Origin: Pyrinomonadaceae bacterium
GTDB lineage: Bacteria > Acidobacteriota > Blastocatellia > Pyrinomonadales > Pyrinomonadaceae
NCBI GenBank assembly: GCA_043740295.1
Contig: JAYUCO010000025.1
Location: 2,741-66,740, forward strand
Reading direction: 5' to 3'
DNA length: 64,000 nucleotides
A program made the translations under genes and the position numbers. The notes beneath the pieces are model-generated. The model saw only the letters and a list, made by a program, of their open reading frames with translations, did no database searches and was not told the DNA's origin. Shown here piece after piece: positions 37,766 to 47,322 of this stretch. Position 1 is the first letter of the stretch. Every line of letters starts with the position of its first letter.

Positions 37766-38296
37766 ATGAAAAATCAAAAAGGTTTCTCGCTTATCGAACT
37801 TTTAATCGTCGTCGTTATCATCGGCATCATCGCCGCAATCGCTATTCCGAATCTGTTGGCCGCCCGTCGTTCAGCCAATGAAGGTTCTGCAGTTTCTTCA
37901 CTTCGCACACTTCACGGTGCGGAAGCCACGTATCAGGCAACATCCGGTAACGGTAATTACTCACGCGATACGGCGGCCTTGGGCCTTCCTGATTTGAACG
38001 CTGTTGGTTTGATAGATCAAACCCTTTCGACAGGCTCTAAGAGCGGATATGGTTTCACCTACCACTCATTCGACCTATCAACAACTGTTCCTAACCCTGC
38101 ATCGTTCGCAGTGGTTGCGAGACCGACTGGCAACGCAGGACTGACTGCAACTGGAACACGCAACTTCGGTATTTCCACAGATGGAGTTATCGGTGTCGAA
38201 GTACTTCCGGCAACCGGCGGTATGGGAACAATGGCAACGGGCGGATCTGCAGCTCTCGGAGCTACCTTCGGTGTGTTCAATGCCTTGGGCAATTAG
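37766..38296 (+). CDS. pilA: type IV pilin (prepilin-type N-terminal cleavage/methylation domain)
   Basis: MKNQKG|FSLIELLIVVVIIGIIAAIAIPNLL carries the G/F cleavage site and Glu5. A TAGGAG SD precedes the start and a strong terminator follows the gene. Confidence 0.9.
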   Translation: MKNQKGFSLIELLIVVVIIGIIAAIAIPNLLAARRSANEGSAVSSLRTLHGAEATYQATSGNGNYSRDTAALGLPDLNAVGLIDQTLSTGSKSGYGFTYHSFDLSTTVPNPASFAVVARPTGNAGLTATGTRNFGISTDGVIGVEVLPATGGMGTMATGGSAALGATFGVFNALGN

Positions 38297-38329
38297 TCCA
38301 ATTCTTATAACATTTAATTACTATACCAA

Positions 38330-38360
38330 GGAAGCAATTGTAATGATTGCTTCCTTTTTT
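38330..38360 (+). terminator. rho-independent terminator of pilA
   Basis: A 9-bp stem (GGAAGCAAT / ATTGCTTCC) is followed by T6. Confidence 0.85.
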
Positions 38361-38374
38361 AGCCTTTAAATACT

Positions 38375-38515
38375 GCGGGTGCAAAGCAGCCCTTCCTGAC
38401 TTGCAAACAGGGTTTGCCTGAACAATTCAGTCAATCTTGAAAAATAATCAATTTATTAAGCACAATTGACTTGTACCAGATTTACAGGTCAGAAAGGGTT
38501 GCTCTGCACCCGCTC
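38375..38515. repeat. REPIN 1: an inverted pair of REP sequences
   Basis: The arms are 38375-38407 (GCGGGTGCAAAGCAGCCCTTCCTGACTTGCAAA) and 38481-38515 (reverse orientation), separated by 73 nt. Confidence 0.8.
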
Positions 38516-38568
38516 TTAAAAACTTCCCTTCCAAAACAAGCCAAATCAAAAAATTCAAGCTAAACTTA

Positions 38569-38611
38569 TTTACAGGTCAGAAAGGGTTGCTCTGCACCCG
38601 CTCTTAAAAAC
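38569..38611. repeat. solitary REP copy, a direct repeat of 38481-38523
   Basis: It is identical over 43 of 43 nt to 38481-38523. Confidence 0.85.
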
Positions 38612-38617
38612 CCAAGG

Positions 38618-39208
38618 ATGTCCCAAAAATGGTCAAACAAAAATCTCCCCGGTGCAATGCACTTTATTACCGGCAATGTCTTGAACAGAAAGCCTATCTT
38701 CAAAACAGAACAAAATTGCAAGGCTTTTCTTGAGGAATGTCAAAACCTGAGGGTAAAAATGGAATGCAAACTTATTGCATTTGTCCTGATGCCCGACCAT
38801 TTCCACCTGGTTGTAAATCCGCGTGATGGCAATATCCGCGAATGGACCGGAGCGTTAAAAAGCCTGTCAGCCAAAAGCCTTGTAAAAATTTGCCCCAAAG
38901 ACTGGTTTTTACAGGCAGACGGCGGACATCAGGTTTGGCAGGAAAGCTTTAAGGCACTGCCACTCTGGAGCAATTGGATGATCTGGCAGAAACTTAACTA
39001 CATCCATGCCAATCCTCTAAAGGCAAATTTGGTGAAAGCAACAGGTGATTACCGTTGGTCAAGCTTTCATGCATTTTACAAGGATGAAATTGAACCGTTT
39101 TTACAGGTGGATAAGGATTGGTGGTGGCCTGGTGATGTTCAAAAACTTGAAAAATCAATCGATGAATGGATTAAAGAAAAAGAGCGGGGGCAGAGCCGCC
39201 CTTCCTGA
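38618..39208 (+). CDS. REP-associated tyrosine transposase (RAYT; IS200/IS605 TnpA-like Y1 transposase)
   Basis: The HUH motif is MPDHFHLVV and the catalytic Tyr context is KLNYIHANPLKANL. The gene is flanked by REPs, and its last codons lie inside a REP. Confidence 0.8.
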   Translation: MSQKWSNKNLPGAMHFITGNVLNRKPIFKTEQNCKAFLEECQNLRVKMECKLIAFVLMPDHFHLVVNPRDGNIREWTGALKSLSAKSLVKICPKDWFLQADGGHQVWQESFKALPLWSNWMIWQKLNYIHANPLKANLVKATGDYRWSSFHAFYKDEIEPFLQVDKDWWWPGDVQKLEKSIDEWIKEKERGQSRPS

Positions 39209-39325
39209 CCTGCAAATAAGGTTACTGTCTTTTTTACAAATAAACTTTAATAAATTTTCAAGCTGAGCTTTTAAGATTCAATATAAAATAGATTGCAAGT
39301 CAGGAAGGGCGGCTCTGCCCCCGCT
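39182..39325. repeat. REPIN 2: an inverted pair of variant REP sequences
   Basis: The arms are 39182-39216 (GAGCGGGGGCAGAGCCGCCCTTCCTGACCTGCAAA) and 39294-39325 (reverse orientation), separated by 77 nt. Confidence 0.8.
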
Positions 39326-39335
39326 TCTTAGAAAA

Positions 39336-41306
39336 ATGACAATCCCAAATTTTACAAAACCCAAACCTGTCGCCCTTTTCTCAATCGGCTTTTTTTTAGT
39401 CATGCTTACACTTTGGGTGCCTTTCATCCCGAACTGGAACACCTTTATCCACATGTGGCGGGTCGATCTTGCGGCATCCATATTTCTGCTTGCGTCACTC
39501 TTTTATATTGCTGCCAAAAACATAAAGCCTATCAACATATCGCTCGACGAAAAAAGATTCCTGATCCTTCCGATGCTGGTTTTTATTCTTTGGAGTTCAC
39601 TTTCCATGCTATGGGCCCCGTCGTGGAAATCGGCCTTGCATCATTCACTCATTTGGTCGGAATATCTGATCTTTTACATAATCGTCCGCAGGCTGATAGA
39701 TCACGGAAAAAACTATCGCATATTGATGACGATGTTCGCCGGGCTATTTGTTGTGTTCGCTGTTCCGGCGATCATAGACTATTGTTTGTTTCTTATTTTC
39801 GGCAGCGGCACATCAATTGGGATCAGGTTTGCAAAATACGGCGAACAGGTAAACGCCCTCGCTCCGCTGCTCACAGTCGGTGTCCTAAGCCTTAAAGGCA
39901 AGCGTTTTGCTCTCGGTTTAACGGCTCTGGCCGCAATGTGGCTTTTGATCTTCAGCAGTCTGGGACGAATAAATATATTTCTCTTCGTCTGCGGAATGTT
40001 GGCCGTTGCCGCATCAATTTTCGCGTTCAAAAAGTTTCATAAACATCGCCGCAAGATGCTCGTTGTCATCGCTGTCTTGATCCTGTCCCCGATTCCGATG
40101 CACGTTTTTACCTTATTGTCCGACGACGCAAATATTCCGATCGTTCGGCGTGTCAGCGACGATGCCGGAATCAGCAGCAGCAATAATTTTCGCAAACTTA
40201 TGACAACGCTGTCGCTTGCGATGTTCGAGGAACATCCGATAACCGGCGTTGGTGCTGACAATTTCGGAATGCAGGTCAATAATTACCGGTCGGTTTATGG
40301 CAGTCAAAATACCGGCGACGTAAATTTGGCGAATGCCGAAACCGAAATTCCAGAACGCTCACACAACGAATATCTTCAAATACTTGCCGAACTTGGCACC
40401 GTCGGCGGCTTGATCTTTTTGTGGATTTTGATCGGGGTCGGATTGCTGGGATTTCGGCTGCTCAACAGACGGACTTCGCTTCAGACAATTGCCGCAGTTA
40501 TCGGGATCGGTCTTTTTCTGGCAAGTTCGTTGGTCAGTTCTTATTCCTTCAGGTTAATTCAAAATGGCTTCGTTTTCTTTTTTGTGCTGGGGGTGGCGGC
40601 AAAATATTTGCTGAAGCCAAAAGCAAATGAGGCAGACCAATACAACTTCCCGGCTTTTAAGATAAAAGCCGCCTACGCTCTTGGCATGACTGCCTGTGTT
40701 TTGCTTATAGTTTATTCGACCATTCGTGTCGTCAGCGTCGCTTATGCCCAAAAAGCCAATTACATACAGGACATAGACGCGGCGATGCCTTTATACGACA
40801 CGGCGATACAGCTTGACGATGAAAATCCTTATCCGTATTTTTATCTCGCAAATCGGCTTTTTGATGCCGGGCGATATGCTGAAGCAATTCCAAACTATCA
40901 ACGGACGATAAAAATGGGCCATGTCACATCGCTGATCTTTTCTTATCTTGCGTCGGCTGAGATACTTTCGGGTGATCCTATAGGCGCCGAAAACACTTTT
41001 GCCGAAGCGGTCAAGTTGTATCCACGATCGGCTTTTGTTTTGACACGCCACGCATTTTTCCTCGAGATCAACCAAAAACATGCTGAATCGCAAGCAGAAT
41101 TGGAGCGGGCCCGTGCCATCGACAAAAGCGCCGTTGAAACATGGTGGACGATAATGAACGACGGAACCCAAAAAGCCGCTGATAATGCATTTAGCGATAA
41201 GGAGCTTCGCCCGATCATGGACCTAAAACCTTATGACGCAATATATGCAACGATCACCGAGCGCCAATTGCGATTTCCAGCCGAAAAGCAAAAGGCCCCA
41301 TTCTGA
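39336..41306 (+). CDS. O-antigen ligase (Wzy_C)-like polytopic membrane protein with C-terminal TPR repeats
   Basis: About 10-12 TM helices are present. The ERSHNEYLQILAELGTVGG motif is typical of the O-antigen ligase / pilin glycosylase family. TPR-like units occupy the C-terminus. Confidence 0.7.
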   Translation: MTIPNFTKPKPVALFSIGFFLVMLTLWVPFIPNWNTFIHMWRVDLAASIFLLASLFYIAAKNIKPINISLDEKRFLILPMLVFILWSSLSMLWAPSWKSALHHSLIWSEYLIFYIIVRRLIDHGKNYRILMTMFAGLFVVFAVPAIIDYCLFLIFGSGTSIGIRFAKYGEQVNALAPLLTVGVLSLKGKRFALGLTALAAMWLLIFSSLGRINIFLFVCGMLAVAASIFAFKKFHKHRRKMLVVIAVLILSPIPMHVFTLLSDDANIPIVRRVSDDAGISSSNNFRKLMTTLSLAMFEEHPITGVGADNFGMQVNNYRSVYGSQNTGDVNLANAETEIPERSHNEYLQILAELGTVGGLIFLWILIGVGLLGFRLLNRRTSLQTIAAVIGIGLFLASSLVSSYSFRLIQNGFVFFFVLGVAAKYLLKPKANEADQYNFPAFKIKAAYALGMTACVLLIVYSTIRVVSVAYAQKANYIQDIDAAMPLYDTAIQLDDENPYPYFYLANRLFDAGRYAEAIPNYQRTIKMGHVTSLIFSYLASAEILSGDPIGAENTFAEAVKLYPRSAFVLTRHAFFLEINQKHAESQAELERARAIDKSAVETWWTIMNDGTQKAADNAFSDKELRPIMDLKPYDAIYATITERQLRFPAEKQKAPF

Positions 41307-41351
41307 TCAACATCATCGGTTAAAATTGTTTTGAGTCGCCGATCAAATCTC

Positions 41352-41381
41352 TTGAACTAACAGAAAAATTTTGTTTATAAT
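41352..41381 (+). promoter_or_regulatory. possible sigma-70 promoter upstream of the ABC-2 operon
   Basis: The sequence reads TTGAAC, an 18-nt spacer, then TATAAT. This is a pattern match only. Confidence 0.35.
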
Positions 41382-41501
41382 AGCTGGTATGCAGCCCGTT
41401 TCAGAAGGCAAAAGAAACATCGACTTTTTAACCTCAAGAGATCATGTGGGACAGCGGGAATTGCGGGAAATATCTTTTAGCCGAATATATTTACATCCAA
41501 C

Positions 41502-42302
41502 ATGGCCAATGACTCCTTTCAAATCCATTTTTTGCAGCAATTAAGAGCTATCGCCCGAAACACTTTCCGGGAGGCCGTTCGCGACCGGATTCTTTATAAT
41601 CTGGTCGTTTTCGTCCTGCTGATAATTGCATGTGCAATCATTCTAGGCGATCTAACGGACGGACAGGAAGCACGCACGATCGTAAACATTGGTTTGAACG
41701 CAATGCTGCTGTTTGGTACGTTCATCGCAATTTTTGTTGGCGTGGGGCTTGTCTCAAAGGAGATCGAAAAACGGACCGTTTATGCGATCTTTTCAAAACC
41801 GGTTGGCCGCGGTGAATTTATTATCGGCAAATATCTCGGCCTTTGTCTTACGATCCTGGTCAATGTCGCCATAATGGGCTTAGGCGTGTCGCTTGCGTTG
41901 CTGTATGTCGGCGGAACGGTTCTGGCGGTGTCAATTTGGGGCAGCATTTTCCTTATCTTTTTGGAACTCGTGATATTGACCGCCGTCGCTATATTATTTT
42001 CGTCGTTCTCATCTCCGTCATTATCGGCACTGCTTACATTTTTTGTATTTATTATCGGTCATATGAGCGGATCTTTGCGCGATCTGGCCGCTAATCTAGG
42101 TTCGCGTTCTGCAACTATTTTTTTCGAAATAATATATTATCTGCTGCCGAATCTTGCTCATTTCAGCTTTCGCACCGAAGCCGCGAACGGCATGTCCCCA
42201 ACCCCGCAAATGCTTGGCGGAGCGTTTCTGTATGCCATAATTTACGTCATAATACTTTTGGCAATTACCATACTTATCTTCAGCCGCCGCAATTTCAAAT
42301 GA
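41502..42302 (+). CDS. ABC-2 type transporter permease
   Basis: Six hydrophobic segments are present. The gene lies in an operon with an ABC ATPase and overlaps the next gene by 4 bp. Confidence 0.6.
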   Translation: MANDSFQIHFLQQLRAIARNTFREAVRDRILYNLVVFVLLIIACAIILGDLTDGQEARTIVNIGLNAMLLFGTFIAIFVGVGLVSKEIEKRTVYAIFSKPVGRGEFIIGKYLGLCLTILVNVAIMGLGVSLALLYVGGTVLAVSIWGSIFLIFLELVILTAVAILFSSFSSPSLSALLTFFVFIIGHMSGSLRDLAANLGSRSATIFFEIIYYLLPNLAHFSFRTEAANGMSPTPQMLGGAFLYAIIYVIILLAITILIFSRRNFK

Positions 42303-43234
42303 GATCAGGTTCTGCCAAAACATTTTTGCTATTCTTTGCGATAATTACTTTCGGCTTCGGAGCGGAGTTTTTACTGAGCAACTTTTTGGAAAGTCACCGT
42401 GTAGGCTTGCCTGAAGGATACGAAGACTCTGATCTCACGCTCGAAGGAAAGCATCTAAAAGGTTATGCTCTTGGCTCCGAGGGCCTTATAGCCGATTGGT
42501 ATTGGATGCAATCCCTACAGTATGTCGGTGACAAGATCGTCAAAGTCGATCTGGCAAATATAAATCTTGAAGATTTTACAGCGTTGAATCCGCGTTTATT
42601 ATATCCTTACCTCGATAATGCGACCGATCTCGACCCAAAATTCATGGCTGCCTATTCCTATGGCGCGAGTATTCTGCCGGCAGTCGACCCGGCAAAAGCA
42701 ATCTTGCTGACCGAAAAAGGGATCGCAAATAATCCGAACGAGTGGCGCTTATACCATAATCTTGGATATATTTACTGGCGATTGAAAAACTACGAGAAGG
42801 CAGGGGAGATATACAAAAAAGGTTCCGAGATCGCAGGAGCTGCGCAATTCATGCAAATGATGGCGGCTGCAATGCAGACCCAGGGTGGAAGCCGTGAAAC
42901 GGCACGTTCCATGTACAAACAGATGTTTGACGAGGCACAGGATCAGCAGACCAAAAGTAATGCTGAATTTCGTTTGCAGGAACTTGATTCGCTAGATCAA
43001 CGCGACGCGATCAGGGCTGTATTAAAAAAAGCTAATGAATCGAACGGCCGGTGCCCCCAATCCTGGAGTGAAGTATTGCCTCTCTTAAGATCGGTAAGAC
43101 TACCGGAAGGGAAAGATTTTAGCGTCGATAAAATGAATGATCTGGTCGATCCCACCGGTGCTCCTTATATCCTCGACGTAAAACGATGTGATGTTGCGTT
43201 GGATTACAAGCTGACTAAACTGCCGCGGCAATAG
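42299..43234 (+). CDS. membrane-anchored TPR-repeat protein
   Basis: An N-terminal TM helix is followed by TPR units (WRLYHNLGYIYWRLKNYEKAGEIYKKG). Confidence 0.6.
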   Translation: MRSGSAKTFLLFFAIITFGFGAEFLLSNFLESHRVGLPEGYEDSDLTLEGKHLKGYALGSEGLIADWYWMQSLQYVGDKIVKVDLANINLEDFTALNPRLLYPYLDNATDLDPKFMAAYSYGASILPAVDPAKAILLTEKGIANNPNEWRLYHNLGYIYWRLKNYEKAGEIYKKGSEIAGAAQFMQMMAAAMQTQGGSRETARSMYKQMFDEAQDQQTKSNAEFRLQELDSLDQRDAIRAVLKKANESNGRCPQSWSEVLPLLRSVRLPEGKDFSVDKMNDLVDPTGAPYILDVKRCDVALDYKLTKLPRQ

Positions 43235-43238
43235 ATGT

Positions 43239-44207
43239 ATGGAAACAATAGTTGAGATAAATAATTTAACCAAAGATTACGAAACTGGTTTTTGGCGCAA
43301 GAAAAAAGTACGGGCTCTCGATGATCTTACATTGACTGTCAAAAGCGGGCAGATATTTGGTTTTCTAGGCGGAAATGGTGCCGGAAAAACTACTACTATA
43401 AAGATATTAATGAGCTTGCTATTTCCAAGTGCCGGCAATGCGAAAATTCTCGGCCGCGAGATCTCCGATTCGAGCATGCATTCGTCGATCGGCTACTGTC
43501 CGGAAAATCCGTATTTTTATGATTATTTAACTGCCCTTGAGTTGATGAACTACTTTGGCGAGCTATTCGGGATTGACGCCGCAACGCGAAAGGACAAAGC
43601 GGCTGAATTATTGACAAAGGTCGGGCTTGCCGAAAAGGATTGGAACAAACAGCTTAGGAAATTTTCAAAAGGAATGCTCCAGCGCGTCGGCCTTGCACAA
43701 TCACTTGTTAACGATCCCAAGATCGTCTTTTTGGATGAGCCTATGAGCGGCCTCGACCCGATGGGCCGCCGCGAAATACGTGAATTGATCGCCGGTTTAC
43801 GTGAAAAAGGCACTACCGTATTTATGTCAACGCATATTCTATCCGACGTTGAGGCATTGTGCGACGAAGTTGCCATCCTGCGAAACGGCAAACTTGCCGC
43901 TACCGGGAATCTTGAGGACCTACTCGCCCGTCAGGGAGAAGATCCATCTTTTGAGATCAATGTTAAAGGTATTTCCGTTGAAACGTTAAGGCAAGGACTT
44001 AAAACGGTCACAGAAGTGATAATAACGGCAAAAGGAACCGGGGCGACTATCGAAGCAGTTAACGAAAATGACGTTGAAAAGGTCCTGCAAATTATTGGGA
44101 ACGCCGGCGGAAAGCTTATCTCCGTCCAATCTGTAAAACAGTCACTGGAAGAATTGTTTGTTGAACGGACCAAAGAAGAAAAGGATCAAGCGGCTATTGA
44201 ACTCTGA
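43239..44207 (+). CDS. ABC transporter ATP-binding protein
   Basis: The Walker A motif is GGNGAGKTT, the signature is FSKGMLQRVGLAQ and the Walker B is VFLDEPMSGLD. Confidence 0.9.
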   Translation: METIVEINNLTKDYETGFWRKKKVRALDDLTLTVKSGQIFGFLGGNGAGKTTTIKILMSLLFPSAGNAKILGREISDSSMHSSIGYCPENPYFYDYLTALELMNYFGELFGIDAATRKDKAAELLTKVGLAEKDWNKQLRKFSKGMLQRVGLAQSLVNDPKIVFLDEPMSGLDPMGRREIRELIAGLREKGTTVFMSTHILSDVEALCDEVAILRNGKLAATGNLEDLLARQGEDPSFEINVKGISVETLRQGLKTVTEVIITAKGTGATIEAVNENDVEKVLQIIGNAGGKLISVQSVKQSLEELFVERTKEEKDQAAIEL

Positions 44208-44694
44208 TAGCTGTCACCTTCCAGCGAATATTAGCCCGGTCATCCTTCTTATCAAAACCATCCAGGCTAAGCGTGATCGGGATTGTTTCATTCGGCCCGA
44301 GTTGCTCACGCTGAGTCGGCACGACAAGCACACGCTTTTCCCTCACTACATTATTAAAAGAATCAACAACAGCAACGTTCACCTCAAGTCCATTGATAAC
44401 ATTTGTGCCTTTATTACGGATATTGCCCGTAATGAACATCGAGATCTTACCGAATCCGTTCGGTGATTGCACTGTGCGCGGATCGGTGGAAATAATAATA
44501 TCCTTGGTTATCTGGTTAAATTCGGGCGAGCCTTCACGAAACGAACCTTCCAGTATGGCCGCCATTTGGTCTTCCATGGACGGGCGAAAAGACATAACGA
44601 AAATTGCGACGGCAATGAGAACGATCCCAGCCAGCGCACCACCGACCAAAGCCTTATTAACGCCTTTCTTTTCCACCGTTTGTTCGAACAACAT
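44194..44694 (-). CDS. hypothetical single-pass membrane protein
   Basis: An N-terminal TM helix (ALVGGALAGIVLIAVAIFVM) is followed by a beta-rich domain. No family was recognised. Confidence 0.5.
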   Translation of the reverse strand: MLFEQTVEKKGVNKALVGGALAGIVLIAVAIFVMSFRPSMEDQMAAILEGSFREGSPEFNQITKDIIISTDPRTVQSPNGFGKISMFITGNIRNKGTNVINGLEVNVAVVDSFNNVVREKRVLVVPTQREQLGPNETIPITLSLDGFDKKDDRANIRWKVTAIRVQ

Positions 44695-44778
44695 CAGAAA
44701 CGATCTCCCCTCAGTACTTTAGACAAATATTTTCGTAAATAGTTCCAATAGGTTATCATTTTAAATATCGAACCTAAA

Positions 44779-47265
44779 ATGATCAAAAGGAATGACACAG
44801 CCATGCCGGGAGCAAAATTCTCTGAGGTGGCACTTCCCCTGCCAATGCGGCAGACATTTACTTATAGGCTTCCTGTCGGTTTCGGCGATCTGGTCAAACC
44901 TGGTTCGCGGCTATTGGTGCCGTTTGGCAAACGCAGCATAACCGGTTATGTCGTCTCTCTTTCTGATGAACTTGACCAAGAGCTGGGCTTAGACGAATCG
45001 GCTATCAAAAATGCCGCCGAACTGCTCGACGAAGAGCCGCTTCTGACTAATGAGATCCTGGAATTGACCAGATGGACAGCAGATTATTACGCTGCGTCAT
45101 GGGGCGAAATTCTCAAAGCTTCGCTTCCAGCAGGCATAAATGCAGCAAGTGAAATGATCGTTAAGATCACCGAAACCGGACGCGACGAGATCCACAAGTC
45201 TCCGAACGTAACTTCAATTAAAATTAAGATCCTTCGCTATTTAAATGATAATGGCGATACTGCTCGACGAGATCTGATAAAAGAATTTGGCGAATCCAAC
45301 GTGAATCGCAACATTCGCGAATTAACAAACAAAGCATTTATAAATACGCAGCAACAAAGCGTAACGACAAAGGTCAAAGTAAAATTCCGTAAAGCCGTAC
45401 GCTTCGTACCCGATATCGCACAAGATCAAGCACAGAAAATACTTAACGAGGTACATCAAAAAATACTTAATGTTGTAAATGAGAACGGGGGAGAGATCTT
45501 GTTCAGCGAACTCCTGGAAAAAGCAGATGTGGGTGCGTCGTCGATAAATACACTGGCGAAACGCGGGCTTCTTGAAGTATTTACCAAAGAGGTTTTGCGC
45601 GACCCGCTTGCAAAAGCCGAATTCCCACTGCTGAATGAGCTAACATTGAACGCCGAGCAGTCATTTGCTCTCGACGAGATCCAAAAAGGCCTTGCATACA
45701 ATAAATACAAGTCTTTTTTGCTAAGAGGTGTGACCGGCAGCGGAAAAACGGAAGTTTATATACGGGCAATGCGGTCAGCTTTGGATCAAGGTAAATCGGC
45801 CTTAATGCTTGTTCCTGAAATTGCTCTTACGCCGATATTTTCCCGGCGTTTACGCGTTATTTTCGGTGATGAGGTTGCGATACTTCACTCAAATCTTTCG
45901 CCAGGCGAGCGTTTTGACGAATGGCGCCGCATTCGCAGCGGTATCGCCCGAATCGCCATCGGCACACGTTCCGCCGTCTTTGCACCGCTGCAAAACATCG
46001 GCCTCGTTATCGTTGACGAAGAACATGACGGATCTTATCGTCAGCATGAAGCCCCATATTACAATGCCCGGGATGTTGCCGTAATGAGGGCTAATATGGC
46101 CGGTGCAACCGTAGTTTTAGGTTCGGCGACTCCGGCACTGGAAACGTTTCAGAACGCAAAAGACGGCAAGTATCAATATCTGCAACTGCAAAACCGTATC
46201 GGCGACCGCCCGCTTGCAAAGGCGGAATTGATCGATATGCGCGAAGTATTTCGTCATTCTGGTAAAGACGTAACATTGTCGCCGCAACTTATCGAAGCAA
46301 TATCGGAAACTCATTCCAAGGGCGAGCAATCGATTATCCTTCTCAACCGGCGAGGTTTTTCGCAGTTTGTATTATGCCGGACCTGCGGTGAGAGCCTTCG
46401 CTGTAAAAATTGCGACATCACTCTGACTTATCATAAACGCGATGGCCGTCTCGTTTGCCATTACTGTAACCACAATGTCGGCGTCCCTCATAAATGTCCT
46501 TTCTGTAAAAGTGATTATTTATATTTCATTGGTGAAGGTACCGAACAATTGGAAGTGACGCTGGGCAAGAAATTCCCTGATCTTCGGATTGCACGTATCG
46601 ACCGCGACACGATGGCCCGGCGCGGTGAAATGGCAAAAATCCTGATCGGTTTCGACAATGGCGAGATCGATATGCTCGTCGGGACACAGATGCTTGCAAA
46701 AGGGCACGACTTTCACAATGTCACACTTGTCGGTGTTATTTCAGTCGATACGGGCCTTGGCTTGCCTGATTTCCGTTCGGCGGAAAGGACATTTCAGCTT
46801 TTAACGCAGGTTGCCGGTCGTGCGGGCCGCGGCGGTTTGCCGGGCCGCGTCCTTATTCAAACGTATTACCCTGAACATTATGCTTTGAGACATGCTAAAT
46901 CTCAGGATTTCGAAGGTTTTTTTACCGAAGAAATGCGTTACCGCCAGCGAATGAACTATCCGCCATTTGTTGTTCTCGCGTCGATCCTTATCAAACACGC
47001 CGATTACAAACACGCAGTTGAAACCGGACAGTTATTGAAGGATTCTCTCGACAATGCGAATGGCGAAAAAACCTGCCGGATATTAGGTGTCGCACCGGCT
47101 TCCCTGTCACGTCTGAAGGGCGAATTTCGGCTTCAAATACTGATCAAGTCAGAGAGCCGGCGAAAACTGCGCGAACTTCTCGATCTTGGTGTTGCTGAAG
47201 CCGAAACACGCGGCTGCGATATGCGGATCGTTCACGTCGAGATCGATCCCGCAAATCTAATGTAA
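44779..47265 (+). CDS. priA: primosomal replication-restart helicase PriA
   Basis: The Walker A motif is GVTGSGKTEVY and the DEEH box is VDEEHD. Zinc-binding Cys clusters are present (CRTCGESLRCKNC...CHYC...CPFC). The start could instead be the ATG at 44803. Confidence 0.9.
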   Translation: MIKRNDTAMPGAKFSEVALPLPMRQTFTYRLPVGFGDLVKPGSRLLVPFGKRSITGYVVSLSDELDQELGLDESAIKNAAELLDEEPLLTNEILELTRWTADYYAASWGEILKASLPAGINAASEMIVKITETGRDEIHKSPNVTSIKIKILRYLNDNGDTARRDLIKEFGESNVNRNIRELTNKAFINTQQQSVTTKVKVKFRKAVRFVPDIAQDQAQKILNEVHQKILNVVNENGGEILFSELLEKADVGASSINTLAKRGLLEVFTKEVLRDPLAKAEFPLLNELTLNAEQSFALDEIQKGLAYNKYKSFLLRGVTGSGKTEVYIRAMRSALDQGKSALMLVPEIALTPIFSRRLRVIFGDEVAILHSNLSPGERFDEWRRIRSGIARIAIGTRSAVFAPLQNIGLVIVDEEHDGSYRQHEAPYYNARDVAVMRANMAGATVVLGSATPALETFQNAKDGKYQYLQLQNRIGDRPLAKAELIDMREVFRHSGKDVTLSPQLIEAISETHSKGEQSIILLNRRGFSQFVLCRTCGESLRCKNCDITLTYHKRDGRLVCHYCNHNVGVPHKCPFCKSDYLYFIGEGTEQLEVTLGKKFPDLRIARIDRDTMARRGEMAKILIGFDNGEIDMLVGTQMLAKGHDFHNVTLVGVISVDTGLGLPDFRSAERTFQLLTQVAGRAGRGGLPGRVLIQTYYPEHYALRHAKSQDFEGFFTEEMRYRQRMNYPPFVVLASILIKHADYKHAVETGQLLKDSLDNANGEKTCRILGVAPASLSRLKGEFRLQILIKSESRRKLRELLDLGVAEAETRGCDMRIVHVEIDPANLM

Positions 47266-47322
47266 AAACCCATGATGGGACCACTGAACGACAGTAAACA
47301 GAACCAGTCAACTCTTGGAAGT

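Larger units (their letters stand above)
38375..39325. mobile_element. RAYT-REPIN unit: a REP-associated tyrosine transposase gene flanked by five REP copies
   Basis: See the individual REP and RAYT features below. The REP core is GGG(T/G)GCAGAGC(A/C)(A/G)CCCTT(T/C)CTGAC(C/T)TG(T/C)AA, found in both orientations. Confidence 0.8.

Noticed and set aside
38481-38611. Two identical 43-nt direct repeats separated by a 45-nt spacer looked like a possible mini-CRISPR array.
   Set aside because: There are only two direct copies. The same sequence also occurs inverted nearby, and it flanks a RAYT (HUH/Tyr transposase) gene. No cas genes are present. These are REP/REPIN elements.
39413-39895. A 160-aa alternative-frame ORF lies inside the O-antigen-ligase-like gene.
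   Set aside because: It is on the same strand as, and overlaps, a long ORF with clear TM topology and a family motif. Its translation is Arg/Cys-rich and not protein-like.
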